A DNA stretch of 58,011 bases, the filler included, from Sphacelaria rigidula (Eukaryota): NCBI GenBank assembly GCA_964200075.2. It is 9 parts of 9 records of this genome, joined end to end, with 100 filler letters (N's around TTAATTAATTAA, not from the genome) between each part and the next. Parts side by side here need not be neighbours in the genome. Positions count along the whole stretch, not along the records: positions 45,200 to 51,555 come from CAXNAA020020566.1; positions 51,656 to 58,011 come from CAXNAA020020567.1; 7 more parts are not named here. The stretch is one strand, 5' to 3'. Below the pieces are notes generated by a model. It saw only the letters and a list, made by a program, of their open reading frames with translations, made no database searches and had not been told where the DNA came from. The number at the start of each line of letters is the position of its first letter. Position 1 is the stretch's first letter. Of this stretch, positions 50,940 to 58,011 are shown in pieces. The position numbers and the translations under genes are program-made.

Positions 50940-51236
50940 AATGGATGGATGGATGGATGGATGGATGGTTGGTCATTTGATTTATTTTTTTGAGCAAGGG
51001 AAAGACAATATAATAATAAATAATCATATGAATATTTGAATTAATTAAATTAAAGATTGTTTGAGGATGGATGGTTGGATGGTTGGGTTTGTTTTTGAGC
51101 AAGGGAAAGACACTATATATATATTATAAATAAAATAAATTATTAATTAATTATTGTTTGGGGATGGGATGGTTGGTTGGTTGGTTGGTTGGTTGGTTGG
51201 TTGGTTGGTTGGTTGGTTGGTTGGATGGTTGGTTGT
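50940..51236. repeat. (GGAT)n and (GGTT)n microsatellites within AT-rich ~100-bp repeated units
   Basis: Visible directly in the sequence. gagcaagggaaagaca is repeated. Confidence 0.9.
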
Positions 51237-51655
51237 ATTTTATTTTTCGGACAAAGGAAGACAATATATCAAGCAATATAACTCCAGAAACGAAACATGA
51301 GCACCCTCATTTTGTAATTTTAAAATGGTTGCCTGTTGGCAACTTTGGGGGGAAAGCGCTCTCCCGGGTGTGATGTACCTCTGGAGTTTGACCTTTGGGA
51401 CCCCAGCAATTTTCTACTTCAAAGTACTTGTATACTATTTAGTATAGACCATGACCCTAGATCCACCCAAATTTCAAGTTTAAGAGACAAAAGTTAGTCG
51501 TGAGGGTTCAATCCCCGTCACTTTCACTCCGAGGAGGGCGACTCCCCTTGCTAGCNNNNNNNNNNNNNNNNNNNNNNNNNNNNNNNNNNNNNNNNNNNNT
51601 TAATTAATTAANNNNNNNNNNNNNNNNNNNNNNNNNNNNNNNNNNNNNNNNNNNN

Positions 51656-54540
51656 CCGTCTTCTTCTCCGATACGGTCAGTCCAAAGGCCCCAAACACGT
51701 CCACTATGATGGGCATCGTCCTCGCCAGTCCATCGGGGGAACTTGAGATGACGCCGGCATCGTCGGAATACATCATTCCCCACGCCGCTCTACGTACACG
51801 TTCCAGCAATGTCTCCGCCCCCCTCCCCGTTTCCTTATCGAGATATACCATGCCCTTGATGATGACGTCATCCTCGCTCAATCGCACGAGGACTATCTCG
51901 AGCACCGCCGCGAAGAAGATGTTGAACAGCAGGGGAGACAGTACACACCCTTGTCGCGGTCCCTGTGTGACTGCAAACCACTCCGGGAGCTCCCCGTCGT
52001 CCATTTGTACGCGGGCCCGCATACCGTCGTGGAATTGGCGGATAACTGCTATCATCTCATCCGGAATACCAGCTCGGGCCCGTACCTGCCACAGAAGCTC
52101 TCGGTCGACCGAGTCATATGCCTTCTCTGGAGGTCGACGAAGCACAAGTACAGCGGTGTTTTCCGCCGCCGTCCCAGCTCCTGGAGTCGGCGCACTACAA
52201 ACAGCATGTCGACAGTGCATCAGTCAGGTCGGAAGCCGCACTGTTCCTCCGGTAAAATCCTGTGCGTTTTGCAGTAGTCGCTGAGGCGGTTGGCCACCAT
52301 CTTCAGGAGGACTTTCCCTGCGTGCGGTACCAAAGAGATCCCCCTGTAGTTATTGCAGTTGGACAGGTCCGATTTCTTGTACAGCACCTTGATGGTTGCA
52401 TTTTTCTACTCCTGCGGGACCTCCCCTCCGTTCCACACGTCGACGAGAATAGTATGGAAGCGTTCGAGGAAGATGGGCTCGGCGCGGCCATCGATCTTGA
52501 GTAGCTCCACAGGGAGGGAGTCGTGTCCTGGCGCTTTCCATTTGTGCATCCCCCGGACTGCTTGTCTGGCTTCCTCCAGTGTTGGTGCTGCCCCGAGCAG
52601 TACTGAATCCCCGGTGGTTGACGCTACCGGTTGCTGCTTCACCTCCTCGATGATGGCTGGGTTCAGCGTGAGCGACTTGACGTTGAGCAGGGTGCGGAAG
52701 AATCTCGAACACCGTTTAAGGATGGCAATTTTGTTCCTCAGTAGGACGCCGTTCGTGTCCTTTACGAACTGCTACCCCCGGGATTGCCTTCCACAAAGAC
52801 CCACCGATCTCTTGAGGTGTTTGTACAGGCCTCCCATGTCGCCATCCTTGTAGATCGCTTCTAGCCTTGCCACATACCTCTCCAGATGTGCATAAATGCC
52901 GTCATCGATTGCTGTACGCACGTTCTTCCACGCGGCTCTGAGTACTTTCCACGATGCTGGGGTCCGGTGATGCTTCATCAGTTGGCGTGCCTCCCGTCGT
53001 TTGGCGAGCGCTGCTTCCACTGTTGCTCTCGTGCCGGGGTTTTCACACCATTCCGGCATATGTGGTATCCGTGCCTCTTCCGGTAGTGCTGTCTGCGCTG
53101 CTTCGAGGATAGCTTCGGTAAACTCCTTCGCGGTCGCCGGTGCGGTGGTGATTGGCTGGTATTTTTGCTCGGCGAGGTTATGTGGGAACCTCTCGGTCAC
53201 GTGCCACCTTGCCATGTCGGTCTGCAGCTGCTGTCGACTGAACTGCCGCTGCTTCGACTTGGTGCGCACTTGGCGGTTGTGGGCAAGGCGGCTACCAAGG
53301 TCGACAGTGGCCACCACCATGTCGTGGTCCGAGTCCGCTTTAGTCGAGGGTGCGGGTTGGGGGTGTACGACTACGTTGCGCACTCTACCTCGGTGTGCCT
53401 GCCGGGTAAGGATGTAGTCTATGCGCTTGAAGTCGCTCGTGCGATTCTCCACAACACCGTTGTATGTGTGCGAGATTCCGCCTTTGAGCGTGCTAAAGAA
53501 GGTGTTCGTGATGGCTAGTTTGTTCTCGGTTGCGAAAGTTAGCAAAGGGTTGCCGTTATCGTTCAGCTCATCACGTCCATAGGCGCCTAGGCCCTTCTCC
53601 CCCCAAGCCCTCTCCTAATTTGTCCCCCGTCCGCGCGTTGGCATCCATCAAAACATACACCCATTCCTTCGATGGGATTCGCTGTACAAGATCGTCAAGC
53701 TCATCCCAGAACGCTTGTTTCGTTCCGTTCTTGGAGACTTCAGTTGGTGCATACGCAGCTACGAAATTGATCGCTCCGCTCTGCCCCGATATTTCAAACC
53801 GCATTGCCATGAGGCGCTCGTCAACGTACTCAGTGGTATAGGTGGCGTTATTGCAAATTGACTCTTTCACGGCTATTCCCACACCGTGTTGCCCACCTGA
53901 CTCGCTCCCACAGCAGAAGATTCTGAACCTTACTGCTGTGCAGTCTGTTCGCCCCGCCCTTCGTGTCTCCTGCAGTCCTACCACCGAGAAGTCAAGTCTT
54001 GCAGTCTCGTAAAAGACGCTGTAGTTCCGCCCCCACCCGCTGGCTCCTTTGACAGCTAGAGTTCTGACATTGTAAGTGGCTTGGCTACCTTAACAAGTTG
54101 ACTCCGCTATCTCGCCCGGGCTACTCGTGCTGCTTTCCTAGCGAGCCTCCGTCTCGTCCGGCCCCTCCTCCTCTTTTCCCTGCCTTTTTTCATTTGTTTT
54201 ATTTTCATCGCGTTTTGGACTCTCTGGCTATTGCTAGCCCGGTGCTCGTCTTTTCTCACAGGCAGGTGCAACTCTCCTGCTCTGTCCGACCCTACTCCTT
54301 TCTCGCTCCTGGTGTGCGTACCCGCGCGATGTGCAGTCCCTCTGTTCCTGTCTAGGCTGTCCCCACTGCTCTCCGCTGCTGCATAGCCCCGGTGTCCAGA
54401 CCAGTGCTTTGGCGTTTAGCCGCATGCCGCCGCCGAGTTGTTCCGAAACGAAGCACACGCCACTCTCGTGATCGTAGCTCATCTTCTTAACTTCGTCTCC
54501 ACGTCGATACGAGGCTCGGGCTCTTGTCTCCGCCGTCGTT
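51656..54540 (-). mobile_element. Decayed RTE-clade LINE (5' UTR, APE, RT), cut by the contig end
   Basis: ATG at ~54208. Motifs [70 protein letters not shown] and MYSDDA. Confidence 0.93.
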
Positions 54541-55510
54541 GGATGATCTTCGGATAGTGATCCAAGATCACAGGCGGACTTCTGCCCACTCCAGTATGGG
54601 CTGTGCAAGGAGCATACGAGCATATCACCCATCATATCCATCTATAACTCAAACAGCCCGCAGAGGAAGGCGAGAAACGAAAAATCATCCATGTATATGA
54701 AAAAGGCATACATAACCCCATCATATAAAACACACAACGGTAAATTGCAATGCTGTACAGTACATTAGTGCAGTGTATGTATATATAGTTTATACTCTTC
54801 CCCCCTTGCACCGCTGCGTTTCTCCCCGTTGTCTATATCCGTATCACTAGAGTCAGATTCCACCGAACCTCCGGAGCCCTAGCTCTGAAAAAAACTCCCT
54901 GATCGCCAGGGCTGGTCACCTGGGTCTTGTATTCATTTTTCAAGTGAAAATTATGCCGAAGATGCAGAGAACCCACCCCAGGGATGACACGTGCTCCATA
55001 CTGTTCGAAACCACGGGCGAATGCTGTAGAGACGGCAGGGCGCACATGGCAGTACCGATAGACTAGACAGAATTAACCAGCAGAGTTGACCGTTGTTGGG
55101 CTACGATATGTTTATGCTTGACAAACACGGGGGATGTCGTTGCCACGGACGGTGGGGGCTGGTGTAGGTTTGCAGTGGCCATTATTAACACTGTAGCGCA
55201 TTTTTCGGCTGTTCAAGCAAGAGAAAAATCGAAAAACTTCCAAAAAAGATACGTAGCTAAAACGATGTTCCGTGGGGCTACTAATATATATATATATATA
55301 TATATAAGGCACACACCTCCCCTACCCGCAACAAGGTTCTTGTTCTGAGCGAACCGTCAGCCCCACCAAAGATCCAAATGTCTCTGTCGATATTCAAATT
55401 AATTAACTCTATGTGTGCATACGGATGAGACGGGGGCTTTAAACTATAATAATCTCGCTTCACCCCACATACCGCGTGCCGTCCTATTATGTAAGTTATT
55501 CGTACAATAC

Positions 55511-55881
55511 TGTGTTGTGTGTTGTGTTATCGTCCCATTTACTCTGGGCACCAGTCTACACCTTTCGGTATATGTGGGCGCATCAGCCGCGGTCATACAG
55601 GAGGAAGGTCTACACAGGAGTTTTTTTCTTTTTTATTTGTTTATAACACATCACCTTCCTTCTGCGGTGCTTGCCTTTCTCTTTTATCGCGAGAGGGGTT
55701 CAGCAATCCATTTCCCTCGTCGACCGTTAAGTCGAATTTTGTGTACCCACGACATAGTCGCTCTCCACTGTTGGGTATGTTGTGAAAAGGGATTCCAGAT
55801 CGCTCCGGGAATCGAACCCCCCTACTCAACCATCAGAAGGTTAAAGGTTACGAGGCTACCAACTGAGCCACCGGGGCGACC
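55511..55881 (-). mobile_element. Full-length tRNA-derived SINE (~370 bp) with an ACA-rich tail
   Basis: Minus-strand head GGTCGCCCCGG, A box TGGCTCAGTTGG (55859-55870), B box GGTTCGATTCCC (55807-55818). The body is repeated four more times in the window. Confidence 0.85.
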
Positions 55882-56661
55882 CGCTTGAGTAATACTAGGC
55901 TGTCGTATTTTTCGTCGGCTCTTCTACAATAATGACTTGATACTTCCGACACAGACAGTAGTACTTCATTCCATACCTATCAAGCAGTAAACTACTGAGC
56001 TAATCCTCCTGTAGCCCCCACACCGCAGACAACAGACAGCTGCACACTGTTGTGGTCGGTGGCCGTGCTGTGATCAACGGGAAGCTGTGATGGGATTACG
56101 ATCAAGTGTGAGTGCCCCAAACAAAAACATGTGAAGGAGAGGGCCTCGTATCAGAATAGTAATCCCTCATGTTGCTCCGCTGTCATCGTAGATCAGATAG
56201 TGTAGCAACTCCCTTCGCCAGTAACACGTATTTTACCCACAGAGGTGGCACCTGGCACGGTAAAAGGTTGAAGGGCGTTAGAAAAAGGTCGAAGATCGAC
56301 GGCTTTGGTCCGTTGTTGGGTGGGGCTATTGACTGCATCGGTCCTATAGGGGTTCTTTGTAACTGTTTGAGACACCAACACTTCCACGGACAAACACACT
56401 CGGTCAGGTCACTTACTAACACACGCGGGGCAAAGGCGAGTACACCAGATATTGCTGGCCGGAAATCCGTTGAAGGGCAGGCATCTCCATTCTAGAAGAG
56501 CGCGTACAGGTTAGTGCATGTCATTGTCCTCTACTGCAACAGGTTTGCGTTGTTTTGGTCGGTGTAGACTTTAGCTTCGTATGCGTGTTTTTTTTTCATT
56601 GTGCTCATTTTTTGGGGGGGGTCTGGCTATTTACGTCAACGTTGACGTAATCTGTTACATC

Positions 56662-57907
56662 TGGGGTTGTTCATGAACACGAATATCACCCGTGATATAT
56701 GATACATATTTGATATGATATATATCAAATATCACATCAACTTGATGCTGATAAGTTGATATATATCAAATCACCATGATACATCATATCAAGTACAAAT
56801 CGGTGATAAAGTTGATATTTCGCGCAACAAATGAGGCGTTTCCGCCGTGTTGAGGCATTTTTTCGCCTGCGGCGCAATGCGGCGCAACCATAATTTTGTC
56901 GCGCATTGCGCCCTGTCTAAGAGGGACCAGATCCTCACTGAATGAGGGCTCTACAAAGACGAAGATGTGTCGGACGCCGATGTGGCTGAAGCGGGCGGCA
57001 AACTGGCATGGTGGGCGAAGGCCGAGCGCGTGTACCCCCACATCGCTGGTCTAGCTCGCAAGTACCTTGCGGTTCAAGCTTCCTCTCCGGCGTCCGAGCG
57101 TGTATTCTCTGTAGGCGGACTCGTCGTCACGAAGCACCGGAACCGCCTGAGTGGGGAGCGGGTAGCAGACACCGTGTTTCTCCACGAAAGCATGAAACAT
57201 GACCTCTGGTAGAATGTCTGCTGCTGTGTTCATTATCATGTGCTGTATGTAGCCTATGTAGGGTGCCAAGTGCCGTACCTCTTGCAGGGGATCGGGGGCA
57301 GCAAATTACGCTACCATGCTACAGTGTAGAGTATACCGTACCATAGGTTCATCGGTTACACGTAGCTAGTTGGTGCCGTTTGCGTGGTACCGTGGTACGA
57401 CTCGTGCCGTACAGAGAGTTTCGTACGCCGCATCCATTGACGTAGACCACATTGACAAGACGACATAAGACGTCTACTAACTGCCTAACAGACTAGAAGA
57501 CGCGTATGGAACAACAGCCCGTGTTTGGGTGCGTTGTTTTGGGGTATACAGAGTGGACATGTAGACTGTAGACACGTTGCTCTCTGTTACAGGTTTGCAG
57601 GCGACCAAGGTTATTTCAGAGTGATTGGTAACATGTACCCGCAGAAATGGAACAAATCAACACTATAACGGGCGTGCGCATGCGCGAGCGTGTGCGGTGA
57701 TATGGTTCGTCGTTAAATTTCAGCTGATCGGGGCTCATTTCCCTTTTTAAAACTGCAAAACATATCAAAATATCATCATAACCTGATATATCATGACATA
57801 TGTTGATATGTTGATATTATATCAAATATTAATGGTATATCACGCCGATTTAGACCAAAATATCAAATATCATATCAACCCGATATTTGAGTTGACATAC
57901 AACCCTA
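56662..57907 (+). mobile_element. Internally deleted hAT transposon, 1246 bp
   Basis: Ends are TGGGGTTG.. and ..AAACCCTA. 8-bp TSD GTTACATC/GTTATATC, GATAT-rich subterminal repeats at both ends, and a transposase remnant inside. Confidence 0.88.
56967..57212 (+). pseudogene. hAT transposase C-terminal dimerisation domain fragment
   Basis: LAWW..YPHIAGLARKYLAVQASSPASERVFS..VVTKHRNRL is the hAT dimerisation signature. Confidence 0.9.
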
Positions 57908-58011
57908 GTTATATCCGTCAACGTTGACATACTCTGTTACATCCGTCTCTCCGCATACGTTACACGCCAACCGGCACATATTATTCCGACTGTACTCTCC
58001 AGACGTACAAC

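Noticed and set aside
6358..51655. Regular ~6457-bp periodicity and repeated TTAATTAATTAA, and any gene-neighbourhood inference across spacers
   Set aside because: This is an artefact of concatenating length-sorted contigs with a stop-codon linker. Adjacent contigs are not linked.
55800..55881. Possible tRNA gene
   Set aside because: A and B boxes are present, but there is no intact cloverleaf, and it is fused to a repeated SINE body.

Overview
This window is not one locus. It is nine unrelated contigs of 6356-6357 bp (1-6357, 6458-12814, 12915-19271, 19372-25728, 25829-32185, 32286-38642, 38743-45099, 45200-51555, 51656-58011) joined by artificial 100-bp spacers (N44-TTAATTAATTAA-N44). The DNA is repeat-rich eukaryotic nuclear sequence. 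A brown alga or other stramenopile is my inference from the style of the elements and the long GT-AG introns. It is mostly decayed transposons: two copies of one Ty3/Gypsy family (one ends in a chromodomain-like segment), a second Gypsy RT remnant, a Copia gag, two RTE LINEs plus 3' fragments, a Helitron Pif1 helicase remnant, a probable DIRS/Crypton-type tyrosine recombinase remnant, a deleted hAT element, several MITEs, tRNA-derived SINEs and satellites. The one clearly recognisable host gene is two exons of an XRN 5'-3' exoribonuclease. I found no intact novel multi-gene system. The most notable structures are: a ~300-bp inverted duplication inside a Gypsy gag (a possible hairpin-RNA silencer); an abundant dispersed repeat ending in oligo(C); a P-like TIR element carrying a captured SINE; a MITE with a 4-bp TCAT target duplication; and a hAT derivative that keeps only the dimerisation domain. 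All comparisons were done by eye.
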